From positions 129,654 to 193,653 of the forward strand of contig CAWIOV010000003.1 of the NCBI GenBank assembly GCA_963837875.1: DNA of 64,000 bases. Reading direction: 5' to 3'. Origin of the DNA: an uncultured Chloroflexia bacterium (lineage in GTDB: Bacteria; Chloroflexota; Anaerolineae; Anaerolineales; Villigracilaceae). This document shows, in pieces, positions 53,984 through 63,819 of this stretch. How positions within the stretch are numbered: position 1 is the first letter of the stretch; each line of letters begins with the position of its first letter. A program made the position numbers and the translations under genes. A model generated the notes under the pieces. The model had not been told where the DNA came from. It was given only the letters and a program-made list of their open reading frames with translations, and did not search any database.

Positions 53984-54077
53984 GGGAATCGCCGGGAAAT
54001 AGGGGAAGATATGGGGGTGTTGGGCGGGCGAAGCCCGCCCAACACCCCCTATTTCTCCCATCACTCCGGCGACTCCC
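53984..54077. repeat. 94-nt imperfect palindromic element with a perfect 17-bp hairpin core (GAA loop)
   Basis: Core 54013-54049 is GGGGGTGTTGGGCGGGC-gaa-GCCCGCCCAACACCCCC. Outer arms are GGGAATCGCCGG / CCGGCGACTCCC. The inner GGGGAAGATATGGGG / CCCCCTATTTCTCCC is shared with other copies. Confidence 0.85.
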
Positions 54078-54109
54078 AGAGAGCCTGTTATGACATATCC
54101 CGGATGTGC

Positions 54110-55372
54110 CTATTCCTGGTACTCCAGTTCGTACTCCCCAATATGAACCGTATCGCCTTCCTGGGCACCGGCCGCGCGCAGGGCCTTATCCACGCCCAGG
54201 CGCTCCATCAGTTTCTGAAAACGCCGCACCGAGCCGCTCTGGTCCCAGGGGGTCATTTCGGCAGCCCGTTCGATGGAAACGGACTTGATCCGATAGCCAT
54301 CCGGCTCGCGCAGGATGGTAAAGGCGCGCGGATCCTCCACCGGGCGGTAGACCGGCAGCGGCTGCTCGGTATCCTCCACTACGGGCAAATCGGCCAGCCT
54401 TTTGACCGCCTGCAAGAGCAGTTCCCGCACGTTGGTGCGCGCCAAGGCCGAGACTGCCATGACCTCGTACCCGTGCTGCTTGAGTTTCTTCTTGAGCTTG
54501 GGCCAGTTCTCCAATACCTCAGGTTGATCAATCTTGTTCAGGGCCACGAGCATGGGTTTCTTCGCCAGGCCCGGGTCGAACAGGGCCAGTTCAGCGTTGA
54601 TCTGCAACAAATCCTCCAGCGGGTCGGCCGAAAGACCATCCAGGAGGTGGATAAGCACACGCGTGCGCTGGATGTGGCGCAGGAAATCGTGCCCCAGCCC
54701 GACCCCTTGCGCAGCGCCTTCTACAAGCCCGGGGATATCCGCCAGAACAACCGTCGTTTCATCGTCCACATTCGCGACGCCCAGGTTCGGCTCCAGGGTC
54801 GTGAACGGGTAGGCGGCGATCTTGGGTTTGGCATTGGTCAGCACAGAGAGCAGGGTGGATTTGCCGGCATTCGGTACGCCCACGATACCAATATCCGCAA
54901 TCAACTTGAGTTCGAGACGCAAGCGCTTCTCCTCGCCCGGTTCGCCATTTTCGGCAGTGCGCGGGATCTGATTAATCGAACTCTTGAAGTGCGGGTTGCC
55001 GCGCCCGCCGCGCCCGCCCTTGCAGACCACCAATTGCTGCCCGGCGGCGGTCAGGTCGCCCAACAGGTCACCCGTGGCAGCATCGTAGACCAGCGTGCCG
55101 GGCGGCACCGCCACCACCAAGTTCTCGGCTGACTTGCCGGATTTATCATTTGAACCGCCGCCTTTGCCATCCCCGGCCTCGAAGCGGGTGGTAAAGCGAA
55201 AAGCTGCCAGCGAATTGAGGGTGGGGCGCACTTCCAGGGTCACATCCCCGCCGCGGCCGCCATCGCCGCCATCCGGCCCGCCGCGCGGAACGTATTTTTC
55301 GCGGTGAAAGTGCACCATCCCATCGCCGCCTTTGCCGGAACGAACCAGAATCTCTGCTTTATCTATGAACAT
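54110..55372 (-). CDS. obg: GTPase Obg/CgtA
   Basis: 420 aa: MFIDKAEILVRSGKGGDG, Gly-rich Obg fold, G1 GVPNAGKST, C-terminal OCT domain. Confidence 0.97.
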   Translation of the reverse strand: MFIDKAEILVRSGKGGDGMVHFHREKYVPRGGPDGGDGGRGGDVTLEVRPTLNSLAAFRFTTRFEAGDGKGGGSNDKSGKSAENLVVAVPPGTLVYDAATGDLLGDLTAAGQQLVVCKGGRGGRGNPHFKSSINQIPRTAENGEPGEEKRLRLELKLIADIGIVGVPNAGKSTLLSVLTNAKPKIAAYPFTTLEPNLGVANVDDETTVVLADIPGLVEGAAQGVGLGHDFLRHIQRTRVLIHLLDGLSADPLEDLLQINAELALFDPGLAKKPMLVALNKIDQPEVLENWPKLKKKLKQHGYEVMAVSALARTNVRELLLQAVKRLADLPVVEDTEQPLPVYRPVEDPRAFTILREPDGYRIKSVSIERAAEMTPWDQSGSVRRFQKLMERLGVDKALRAAGAQEGDTVHIGEYELEYQE

Positions 55373-55414
55373 GATCTCTCCAATGAGAGCATTATACCGT
55401 CTCTTAAGCAGGGA

Positions 55415-55443
55415 TTGACAAACTCCAGCCCTGCAGTTATTAT
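55415..55443 (+). promoter_or_regulatory. promoter TTGACA-17-TATTAT for the padR operon, followed by an ATGACTAAT direct repeat
   Basis: TTGACA at 55415-55420, 17-nt spacer, TATTAT at 55438-55443. ATGACTAAT occurs at 55444-55452 and 55460-55468. AAGGAGA RBS, ATG 55490. Confidence 0.7.
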
Positions 55444-55489
55444 ATGACTAATATTATACATGACTAATCCTATATAAGGAGAATCTTAT

Positions 55490-56047
55490 ATGTCGCTTGA
55501 GTACGCCATCCTGGGCTTTCTGAATTACCTGCCCCTGTCGGGTTATGACCTGAAGAAAATATTCGATACCTCCGTCCAGCATTTCTGGCCGGCCGACCAG
55601 AGCCAGATCTACCGCACCCTGGCGCGCCTGACCGAAGATGGGTTCGTCGAGATGGATATCGTCCACCAGGAAGATCACCCGGACCGCAAGGTTTACCACA
55701 TCACTACACCCGGCCAGCAGCATCTCCAAGCCTGGCTGAAAAGCACGCCTCCTTCCGAACCCAACCGCAGCGCATCCCTGATCCAGGTATTCTTCTGCGG
55801 GCAGTTGTCCAACCAGGAAATCCTGGCCAAGTTCGAAGCGGTCGCGGCGATGATGCGAGTCATTCTCGAACGCTACCAACGAATCCCCAGCCAACTCGAA
55901 GAATACAACCAGATGATCCATTCCGAACGCGAATCCTACTTCTGGCTGCTGACCCTGGACCTGGGCCTGCGCAGCATGCGCGCCAACCTGGCCTGGGCCG
56001 AGAACGTGATCGAAGAGTTTAAGCAGGGCAAGGTTCCGGAGAAATAA
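55490..56047 (+). CDS. PadR-family transcriptional regulator
   Basis: 185 aa: AILGFLNYLPLSGYDLKK, WPADQSQIYRTLARLTEDGFV, KVYHITTPG. Confidence 0.9.
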   Translation: MSLEYAILGFLNYLPLSGYDLKKIFDTSVQHFWPADQSQIYRTLARLTEDGFVEMDIVHQEDHPDRKVYHITTPGQQHLQAWLKSTPPSEPNRSASLIQVFFCGQLSNQEILAKFEAVAAMMRVILERYQRIPSQLEEYNQMIHSERESYFWLLTLDLGLRSMRANLAWAENVIEEFKQGKVPEK

Positions 56048-56086
56048 GGAAAAAGCCATGAAGACGTTCCCGAAAGGCGGTCAAAA

Positions 56087-57349
56087 ATGAAAATCACCAT
56101 TCTCAATGGCAGCCCCACACCGGCAGGGTTGGATGCCTGCCTGGCACAGTTAAAGCCCAGCCTGGAAAGGGGAGGCCACAGCATAAACCAACTGACCCTG
56201 CGCGAGTTGCCTCTGCGCTATTGCATCGGCTGTTTCGGCTGCTGGGTAAAGACGCCCGGAGAGTGCGCCAGCCGGGATGCATCCCTCGAAATGGACCGCG
56301 CCGTCATCAACGCCGATTTTGTCCTGTATGCCGCACCGCTCAAAATGGGCTTCCCGTCCACACTGCTCAAAATGGCCTTTGACAAACACCTGCCGTTGAT
56401 CCACCCCTACATAGGAGTGGACCACAACGAAGCTCATCACATCAAACGGTATGCGCAATCCCCGCGGATCGGATTGCTGCTTGAAAAGGAAGCGGATACC
56501 GATGCGAGCGACCTGCAGATCGTCACCGATATCTTTTGCAGGACGGCGCTCAATTTCAAGACCCGCCTGGAATTTTCGCTGACCACCGAGACCGGCGTGG
56601 CGGAGCTGGCCACCCGGATCACCTCCAAGGCCCGCAAAGCGCTGCCCTTGCCCGGTCATCTCCCCGCCACCCAGGGAGTACCCATTACTCCACCGGCCCG
56701 GCTGACCCTGTTCAACGGTTCCCCGCGTGGGCGGCGGGGCAGCACACCCATCTTCCTGCGCGAAATTGCGGCCGGGTTCGGCGGTCCAAGCGAAATCCAT
56801 CACCTGGTGCGCCTGAAAGAGACGGAACAGATAGTGCAGGCCTTTGCGGGAGCAGAATGCGTCCTGCTCGGTTTTCCGCTATACACGGATGCCATGCCCG
56901 GCATCGTCAAGCATTTCATCGAGGCGCTCGAACCGCTGGTCGGGCGGGCGAATAATCCGCCGATCGGGTTTGTGGTGCAATCCGGTTTTCCCGAAGGGCT
57001 GCATTCGCGCTACGTGGAACGCTACCTTGAAAAGCTGGCGGAACGCCTGGGCAGTCCCTATCTCGGCAGCATAGTCAAAGGCGGCGGGGAAGGCGTGCGC
57101 GACCTGCCTGCCGAAGCCACCCGGAGCCTGTTCGCAGGGCTGCAAGCGCTGGGCGCCGGCCTGGCCCAAGAGGGGAGATTTGCCCCTGCGCTCCTGGCGG
57201 GGCTGGCCGCTCCCGAACGGTATCCCGCCATCCTGGGCCCGTTCTTCCGGGTCTTCCTGCGCCTGCCAGTGGCTCATTCCAACTTCGATGCCATGTTAAA
57301 GAATAACGGCGCCTACGAGCGGCGCTTTGCCCGGCCTTTGATTGATTAG
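56087..57349 (+). CDS. tandem flavodoxin-fold NAD(P)H-dependent oxidoreductase, iron-sulfur-flavoprotein-like N-domain
   Basis: 420 aa: MKITILNGSP, Cys cluster CIGCFGCWVKTPGEC (Cx2Cx2Cx7C). A second LTLFNGSPRG module lacks the Cys cluster. Confidence 0.75.
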   Translation: MKITILNGSPTPAGLDACLAQLKPSLERGGHSINQLTLRELPLRYCIGCFGCWVKTPGECASRDASLEMDRAVINADFVLYAAPLKMGFPSTLLKMAFDKHLPLIHPYIGVDHNEAHHIKRYAQSPRIGLLLEKEADTDASDLQIVTDIFCRTALNFKTRLEFSLTTETGVAELATRITSKARKALPLPGHLPATQGVPITPPARLTLFNGSPRGRRGSTPIFLREIAAGFGGPSEIHHLVRLKETEQIVQAFAGAECVLLGFPLYTDAMPGIVKHFIEALEPLVGRANNPPIGFVVQSGFPEGLHSRYVERYLEKLAERLGSPYLGSIVKGGGEGVRDLPAEATRSLFAGLQALGAGLAQEGRFAPALLAGLAAPERYPAILGPFFRVFLRLPVAHSNFDAMLKNNGAYERRFARPLID

Positions 57350-57363
57350 CCGAGAAATGATAG

Positions 57364-58902
57364 GTGATAATGTATACAGAATTGATCTTCCCGGTTGCCC
57401 TGGCGCTCCTGCTGCTGGCCTTTTTAGCCTGGTTCCTGTTCCGACCCAAAAGGCGGGCCGTGACCGTTCCCAGCGGGGCGCACGCGGGTGAACCCTTCCT
57501 AGCTGCCTGCACGGTCAAACTGCATGGGCAGCTTTACCAGGCTGAGCGCGGCACACTGGTGGTTTCTGAGAACCGCTCCGATCCAGCGGCGCGCCTGGTG
57601 GCCCTGCCGTTACGCCGCATCCACACGGCCTCGACCCATCCAGCCGAACCAATCTTCTACCTGGGCGGTGGGCCCGGCATATCCAACATGGGCTTCAAGC
57701 CCCCGGCCTGGCTGCTGGCAAACCACGATATTGTGTTGGTCGGTTACCGCGGCGTGGACGGCACTCCCAAGCTGGACTGTCCCGAGGTTGCCAGGGCCAT
57801 GAAAGGCGTGGGAGGCGACCTGCTCAGCCCGGCTTCGCTGGATGCCCTGGGTGCGGCCATGTCTGCCAGCGCCTCCCGCCTGCAAGCGGAAGGCGTGGAC
57901 CTGAGGGGGTACACCATCCCTGAAGTGGTCGAGGACATGGAGGCTGCCCGCATAGCCCTGGGGTACAAGCGCATAGCTCTGCTGAGCGAGAGTTACGGTA
58001 CACGCGTGGCGCAGATCTACGCTGACATGCACCCGGCCAGCCTGCTACGCAGCGCCATGATCGGCGTCAATCCGCACGGGCACTTCCTCTGGAAGCCAGA
58101 AGTGGTGGATGCCCAGATAGCCTATTACGCCAACCTGTGGAAACAGGCGGCCGGTCCCGCGGCGCCCGACCTGGTGGAAGCCATGCACAGCGTCAACACG
58201 CATATGCCGGCGCGCTGGTTTTTCCTACCGATCGACCCGGGAAAAGTAAAAATGGTGGCTTTCATGATGCTCTTCCACCGCACCAGCGCCCCGATCATCT
58301 TCGATGCCTACCTGTCGGCTGCCAGAGGCGATCCGAGCGGGTTGGCATTGATGTCCATGGCCTCCAATTTTGTCATGCCCACCATGATGACCTGGGGCGA
58401 GTTCTTTTCCAAAGGGTGCAGCACGGATTTCGAACCCGGGCGGGATTACCGGGCCGAACTGACCACGCCGGATGCCACGCTTGGTTCCCCCATGGCCCTG
58501 CTGATCTGGGGCAGCGCCGGGGGTAACTGGCCTGCCAACACGATCGCCAGCGAATATCGCCAGGTACAGCCCACGGATGTGGAGACCCTGCTCATCAGCG
58601 GAAGCATTGATTTCTCCACCCCGGCGCAATTTGCCGAGCAGGAGCTGCTGCCATCCCTGCGCAAAGGTCAGCACGTGGTCATCGCCGAACAGGGTCACGT
58701 AAGCGATTTCTGGGGCTTCCAACCCGAAGCGCGCCAGCGCCTGCTGACCAGCTTCTACGATACCGGCATGGCGGATGCCTCGCTATACCAATACCTGCCG
58801 ATGAACTTCAAACCCGCCATGCGTTTCACGGTACTGGCAAAAATTTTGGTGGGCGTAATCGTGCTCCTGGCCGTCGGTCTGGCCTGGGGGCTGCTCCGGT
58901 AA
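57364..58902 (+). CDS. membrane-anchored alpha/beta hydrolase (prolyl-aminopeptidase-like S33 type)
   Basis: 512 aa. N- and C-terminal TM helices, FYLGGGPGISN oxyanion motif, SESYG nucleophile elbow. Start is GTG 57364 or ATG 57370. Confidence 0.8.
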   Translation: MIMYTELIFPVALALLLLAFLAWFLFRPKRRAVTVPSGAHAGEPFLAACTVKLHGQLYQAERGTLVVSENRSDPAARLVALPLRRIHTASTHPAEPIFYLGGGPGISNMGFKPPAWLLANHDIVLVGYRGVDGTPKLDCPEVARAMKGVGGDLLSPASLDALGAAMSASASRLQAEGVDLRGYTIPEVVEDMEAARIALGYKRIALLSESYGTRVAQIYADMHPASLLRSAMIGVNPHGHFLWKPEVVDAQIAYYANLWKQAAGPAAPDLVEAMHSVNTHMPARWFFLPIDPGKVKMVAFMMLFHRTSAPIIFDAYLSAARGDPSGLALMSMASNFVMPTMMTWGEFFSKGCSTDFEPGRDYRAELTTPDATLGSPMALLIWGSAGGNWPANTIASEYRQVQPTDVETLLISGSIDFSTPAQFAEQELLPSLRKGQHVVIAEQGHVSDFWGFQPEARQRLLTSFYDTGMADASLYQYLPMNFKPAMRFTVLAKILVGVIVLLAVGLAWGLLR

Positions 58903-58942
58903 GCCTTTGCCCGGCCATTCCAAGAAAATCAACGAGGTGTAA

Positions 58943-59449
58943 ATGGAAAACAAGCCGCAAACCGGCCGTTCCGGCCAACGAAATTCTTCCATGTGGTTTA
59001 TGAACAAAGTCGCCAATCCGTTGGTAGGCCTGATCCTGCGCTCCCGCCTGCATGCACTGATGAGCGCGAGCATGCTGATCATCACCTATCGTGGACGCAA
59101 AACCGGCCGGGAATACAGCCTGCCGGTCCAGTACGCGCAAGATGGAAACCACATTTTCATCGTGCCGGGGATGCCCGAGCAAAAGACCTGGTGGCGCAAC
59201 CTGAAAGGGGGCTTACCCATCCAACTGCGCCTACGCGGCAAATCCCTGAATGGAAAGGGGAGCGTGCTCGACCCAAAGATTGACCCTGAAACAATCTTCG
59301 AAGGCTTGAGTGTATATCTCCGGCGCTTTCCGGCGCTGGTCCAAAATCAGCATATCCAGGTCGAATCAGATGGGAGTTTCAACCCTGAAGAGCTGCGCCT
59401 GGCTGCAAAGAAGACAGTAATTATTTGCGTGGAGTTGAGCCAGGAATGA
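58943..59449 (+). CDS. DUF385 / deazaflavin-dependent nitroreductase-family (split beta-barrel) protein
   Basis: 168 aa: MNKVANPLVGLILRS, LLIITYRGRKTGREYSLPVQY, TWWRNLKGG. Confidence 0.75.
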   Translation: MENKPQTGRSGQRNSSMWFMNKVANPLVGLILRSRLHALMSASMLIITYRGRKTGREYSLPVQYAQDGNHIFIVPGMPEQKTWWRNLKGGLPIQLRLRGKSLNGKGSVLDPKIDPETIFEGLSVYLRRFPALVQNQHIQVESDGSFNPEELRLAAKKTVIICVELSQE

Positions 59450-59892
59450 GCCTGGAACTGACCCTGGCCAATTGTCTCTGGCTGATCCTCCCGCTTCTGG
59501 CCTGGAATCTGATCCTAGGCCCGCGCATCACCGACCCGCGCGTGACCTCGGACAGCCATTCCCCGAAGTGGCTGCTGATGGCCGAGAATGTTACCCGTAT
59601 CCTGGTGTTTGCCTTGCCATTGTTAATACCTTTGCAAGCAAAGGAACCTTTAAGCAAAGAAGGGTTGGCCATCTATATGCTCGGGACATTGGTTTACTTC
59701 GCCTCCTGGCTACCGCTGGCGTTCATCCCCGGCGCGACCTGGAGCAATCGTTCGGCGGGCCTATTGGCGCCGCGCCTGACACCTTTTCTGGCCTTCCTTG
59801 GCATCGCCTTGATCGGCGGTTCGTGGCCATATGGTCTAATTGCAGCAGTGTTCATATTCTTCCATACCTGGCACGGCGTACAAAACCTGTAA
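59446..59892 (+). CDS. hypothetical membrane protein (4 TM)
   Basis: ATG 59446 overlaps the previous stop (ATGA). Hydrophobic helices. No family recognised. Confidence 0.6.
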   Translation: MSLELTLANCLWLILPLLAWNLILGPRITDPRVTSDSHSPKWLLMAENVTRILVFALPLLIPLQAKEPLSKEGLAIYMLGTLVYFASWLPLAFIPGATWSNRSAGLLAPRLTPFLAFLGIALIGGSWPYGLIAAVFIFFHTWHGVQNL

Positions 59893-59953
59893 CCGGGCCA
59901 GGTAATATACAATAGATCGAACAGAACAAAAGCACGTGAATACGGAGGCCGGG

Positions 59954-60808
59954 ATGATCCAAAAAATTCTTGTCATCGGTGGAACAGGCATGTTGGGCGA
60001 ACCGGTGGCCCGCCGACTCCAGGCGGAAGGGTTTGGTGTGCGGATATTCACCCGCAGCCCGGAGAAAGCGAAGGCGCGCTTTCCTGCGTCCTTCGAGATC
60101 GCAGACGGGGATGTGGAGGAGGCTGACTCGCTCGCAGTCGCGTTGGAGGGCTGCCAGGGCGTTCATATCAACCTGCATGGTTTGTCCGACCCTGACCTGG
60201 AACGACGCGGAGGGGAAATGGTGGCCCGGGCGGCCAGCAAGGCCGGCCTGGAGCGCATCAGCTATCTTTCGGGGGCCTCGGTGTGCCAGGAGAACGCCTG
60301 GTTCCCGGATACCCAAGCGCGCCTGCTGGCAGAAAATGCCATCCGCGCTTCGGGCATCCCTTACACCATTTTTCGGGCCAATTATTTTATGGAAACCCTG
60401 CGTAATTTTGTGCACGGGAGGCTGCTACTGCAGATTGGCAACCATCCGCACCCCTACCAATGGGTGGCTGCAGGCGATTATGCCCGCATGGTCGCCAAGG
60501 CATACGCGACCCCGCAGGCCGCCGGCAAAACCCTGTATGTCTGCGGTCCCCAAGCAATGACAATGCGGGCGGCCTTGGAAGTTCTCCAACGGGCTGCTTA
60601 CCCAAACTACAGAATCATTTCTCTGCCCATCCGGGCAGCCAGGATGATCGCATGGGCCGGGAGACGGCGCGAACTGCAATCCGCGCTGCCTTTTTTTGCG
60701 TATTGTGAGAAAGTCAAAATTTTCCTAAGCGGTTCGCCCGACGAAGCCAATGCACTGCTGGGTGCGCCTGCCACAACGCTGGAAACCTGGGCTCGAGGCG
60801 AAGCATAG
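59954..60808 (+). CDS. NmrA-like / atypical SDR NAD(P)-binding protein
   Basis: GGAGG 5 nt upstream of ATG 59954. Rossmann motif ILVIGGTGMLGEPVARRL. Confidence 0.8.
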   Translation: MIQKILVIGGTGMLGEPVARRLQAEGFGVRIFTRSPEKAKARFPASFEIADGDVEEADSLAVALEGCQGVHINLHGLSDPDLERRGGEMVARAASKAGLERISYLSGASVCQENAWFPDTQARLLAENAIRASGIPYTIFRANYFMETLRNFVHGRLLLQIGNHPHPYQWVAAGDYARMVAKAYATPQAAGKTLYVCGPQAMTMRAALEVLQRAAYPNYRIISLPIRAARMIAWAGRRRELQSALPFFAYCEKVKIFLSGSPDEANALLGAPATTLETWARGEA

Positions 60809-60864
60809 GCCGGAAATAAAGTCACCCTCTTTTTTTCTCCATCTTGTGGTAAATTCAGCCTGCC

Positions 60865-63264
60865 ATGGACTCCAAAACTCTCAGCGTGCTCGAATACCCC
60901 AAGATACTTGCCCGATTGGCGGACTTTTGCGATTTCTCCGGCTCGGCGGAGTTGGCGCGGCTGCTGACGCCTACGCCGGATTTCAGCGAAGCCTCCTCCC
61001 GCCTGGCCGAGACCGGCGAGGCGCGCAAACTGCTTGTCACGGCTGACCTAAACATCGGCAACGCGCACGATATCCGCGAACAGGTGGATCTGGCAGCGCA
61101 CGGCGGAGTGCTCGACCCGAAGGAATTGCTGGATGTGCAGTCCACGCTCCTATCGATGCGCAGCTTGCGGCGCTTCTTCGAAAAACACGCCGAAGCTTCC
61201 CCCCATCTGGCAAAAATCGCCGCTGAGCTGCCTGCCCCAGCGGGATTGATCGAAGCGATCGCCCGCTGCATCAGCGATGCTGCCGAAGTGGCAGACAGCG
61301 CTTCACCCAGGTTGTACGACCTGCGGCGACAGGTGCGCATTGCCCACGACCGGCTGATGGCGCGCCTGCAGCGTTACCTGAGCGACGCTTCCACCGCCTC
61401 GAAGTTACAGGATAGCGTCATCACCCAACGGGATGGGCGGTATGTCATTCCCCTGCGGGCAGAATTCAAGGGCCAGGTCAAAGCCATCATCCATGACCAA
61501 TCCTCCACCGGGGCAACCCTGTTTGTCGAGCCGCTGGCGGTGGTGGAACTGAACAATGCCTTGCGCGAAGCCGAGATCGCCGAACGGGACGAAGTCCGCC
61601 GGGTACTGGCCGAACTCTCGGCGCAGGTGGGGGAACTGGCCGGGGAAATCGTTCCCGGGGTGGCTGCGCTGGCCGAACTCGACCTGGCATTTGCGAAAGC
61701 GAAATACGCAGATGCGATCGGGGCAAACGAACCAATACTGAGCCGCCAGCCATCAGCAACCAGCAACCCGCAATCCGCAATCCGTCTCTTGAACGCCCGC
61801 CATCCGCTACTGGACCCGGAAACAGTGGTTCCCACCAACATTGACCCGCTGCCCGGAACGTTCGCAGTGGTCATCACCGGCCCCAATACAGGCGGCAAGA
61901 CGGTCACCCTCAAGACGGTCGGCCTGTTGGCTGTCATGGCACAAAGCGGGCTGCATATCCCGGCTCAGTCCGGCTCGGAGCTGCCTTGTTTTGCGGCCAT
62001 TTACGCCGACATCGGCGATGAGCAATCCATCGAGCAGTCGCTCTCCACATTCTCCGGGCATATCACCAATATCGTGCACATCCTCAAGAAAGCAGACCAA
62101 CGCTCGCTGGTTATTTTGGATGAACTCGGAGCTGGCACAGACCCGCAGGAGGGGGCAGCCCTGGCAAGGGCCATCCTCTCGGATCTGCTGGGACGCGGAA
62201 TCACCACCTTCGTGGCCACCCATTATCCGGAATTGAAAACCTTTGCACACACCACTCCCGGCGTAGTCAATGCATCGCTGGAGTTCAACGTCCAGACCCT
62301 GCGCCCGACCTACAAATTGACGCTGGGCCTGCCGGGCCGTTCCAACGCCCTCGCCATAGCCCAGCGGCTGGGACTACCACAGGAAATTATCGAGGCGGCC
62401 AGAAGCGAGATCAACCCGGACGACTTGCGCGCCGATAAACTCATCGGTGATATCCACCGCCAGCGCAAGATCGCTTTCAAGGAGAGCGAAAAAGCCGAGC
62501 GAGCCCGCTCCGAAGCGCGCCGCATGGAACGCGACCTGGCTGAACGGCTGGAAAAAATTGGGGATGAGCGGCAGAAAGTGCTCGAGCAGGCGCGGGCTGA
62601 GGGCGAACTGGAAGTTGAGGTTTTAAGGGCTCAACTCAAAATGCTGAAAGATGAACTCAAGAAAGCCCGCCAGCCGCTGGATGCGGTAGATGCAATCGAA
62701 GAGAAAATTGAGGTCGTGATAGAGCAAGTTCAAAAGCCTGTGAAATGGAAAAAGCAGGGCGCTAAACCGGTTGGTACATTGAAGCCAGGCGAAAAGGTGG
62801 TATTGCGCGTACTCGGCACGGAAGGCATAATTTCCTCCATTGATGGTGATGAGGCCGAGGTACAGGCGGGTACACTCAGGCTGCGGGTGCGTCTGGATGA
62901 GTTGAAAAGGAAAGCCGAAGAGGTAGAAACGAGTGACGAGAAACAAGGTACGAGTAAAAAAGGCTCAAGTGGGGTAGAAAGCTCACCGGCTCATCACACA
63001 TATCTAAGCTCTTCCCCTGGAATGGAACTCGACCTGCGCGGCCAGCGCGCCGAAGATGCGCTTGAGAATCTGGACCGTTACCTGGAAAAGGCCTACATGG
63101 CCGGACTGCCATTTGTCCGGATCATCCACGGCAAAGGCACCGGTAAATTACGCCAGGAAGTGCGTGCAGTGCTCAAGGATCACCCGCAAGTTACCTCGTT
63201 CGAGGAAGGCGGCGCAAAAGAAGGCGGCGAAGGCGTGACGGTGGTCAAGCTGGCAAACGGATAA
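60865..63264 (+). CDS. mutS2: endonuclease MutS2 (MutS domain plus C-terminal Smr)
   Basis: 799 aa: Walker A GPNTGGKT, DELGAGTDP, coiled-coil, Smr LDLRGQRAEDAL..IIHGKGTGKLR. Confidence 0.95.
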   Translation: MDSKTLSVLEYPKILARLADFCDFSGSAELARLLTPTPDFSEASSRLAETGEARKLLVTADLNIGNAHDIREQVDLAAHGGVLDPKELLDVQSTLLSMRSLRRFFEKHAEASPHLAKIAAELPAPAGLIEAIARCISDAAEVADSASPRLYDLRRQVRIAHDRLMARLQRYLSDASTASKLQDSVITQRDGRYVIPLRAEFKGQVKAIIHDQSSTGATLFVEPLAVVELNNALREAEIAERDEVRRVLAELSAQVGELAGEIVPGVAALAELDLAFAKAKYADAIGANEPILSRQPSATSNPQSAIRLLNARHPLLDPETVVPTNIDPLPGTFAVVITGPNTGGKTVTLKTVGLLAVMAQSGLHIPAQSGSELPCFAAIYADIGDEQSIEQSLSTFSGHITNIVHILKKADQRSLVILDELGAGTDPQEGAALARAILSDLLGRGITTFVATHYPELKTFAHTTPGVVNASLEFNVQTLRPTYKLTLGLPGRSNALAIAQRLGLPQEIIEAARSEINPDDLRADKLIGDIHRQRKIAFKESEKAERARSEARRMERDLAERLEKIGDERQKVLEQARAEGELEVEVLRAQLKMLKDELKKARQPLDAVDAIEEKIEVVIEQVQKPVKWKKQGAKPVGTLKPGEKVVLRVLGTEGIISSIDGDEAEVQAGTLRLRVRLDELKRKAEEVETSDEKQGTSKKGSSGVESSPAHHTYLSSSPGMELDLRGQRAEDALENLDRYLEKAYMAGLPFVRIIHGKGTGKLRQEVRAVLKDHPQVTSFEEGGAKEGGEGVTVVKLANG

Positions 63265-63265
63265 C

Positions 63266-63295
63266 AAAAACGGGTTCCGGTGAGGAACCCGTTTT
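63266..63295. terminator. bidirectional intrinsic terminator
   Basis: AAAACGGGTTCC-ggtga-GGAACCCGTTTT between the convergent mutS2 and phosphatase genes. Confidence 0.85.
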
Positions 63296-63316
63296 GAGGC
63301 TCTTTCAAGGAAAGCC

Positions 63317-63766
63317 CTAATCAATACTCTCCCAGGCACGCGCAAAGCGCAGGATGCGGCTGCGGATGTAGAAAATATTCGGGTCGGCGATGGGACGCTG
63401 CGTCTTGATCAATTCGATGGCAGCCTCCGGATCGTATCCCAAGGCAATCAGGATGGAAGCTCCCATAGCCACACCGCGGTGACGACCTTTGTGACAGTGA
63501 GCATAGACTTTTCCACCCGCCTGGATGGTTTCCAAAGCGGCCTGGACGCCGCGCATAAGAAACCGGATGGGAATGACCAGTCCGGGGGTATCCACGGTCG
63601 GCAGCCACAGGAAATCCAGCGGGGGGATGTGGGAGTCAACCACCGGGCGTTTCTCAAACCGCATATTTATAACCAGACGGACACCCATCTCGCGTAAAAG
63701 ATCGTAATCTTCCTTGCAAGGGGTATCACCAATAAACAGACAATCGGTAATCTGGGAAAAATCCAT
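63317..63766 (-). CDS. dual-specificity protein phosphatase (CX5R)
   Basis: Active site HCHKGRHRG. ATG 63766 (MDFSQITDCLFIG) is preferred to the track's TTG 63808. Confidence 0.85.
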   Translation of the reverse strand: MDFSQITDCLFIGDTPCKEDYDLLREMGVRLVINMRFEKRPVVDSHIPPLDFLWLPTVDTPGLVIPIRFLMRGVQAALETIQAGGKVYAHCHKGRHRGVAMGASILIALGYDPEAAIELIKTQRPIADPNIFYIRSRILRFARAWESID

Positions 63767-63819
63767 GGGCGCAATCTTACCACAAGGAATGTGCACTGAC
63801 CATTTCAATCTATTAACAC

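Noticed and set aside
53936-55132. 398-aa plus-strand ORF
   Set aside because: Antisense shadow of obg. The same applies to 55454..56059 (antisense to padR), 21343..22047 and 22314..23117 (antisense to the ABC genes).
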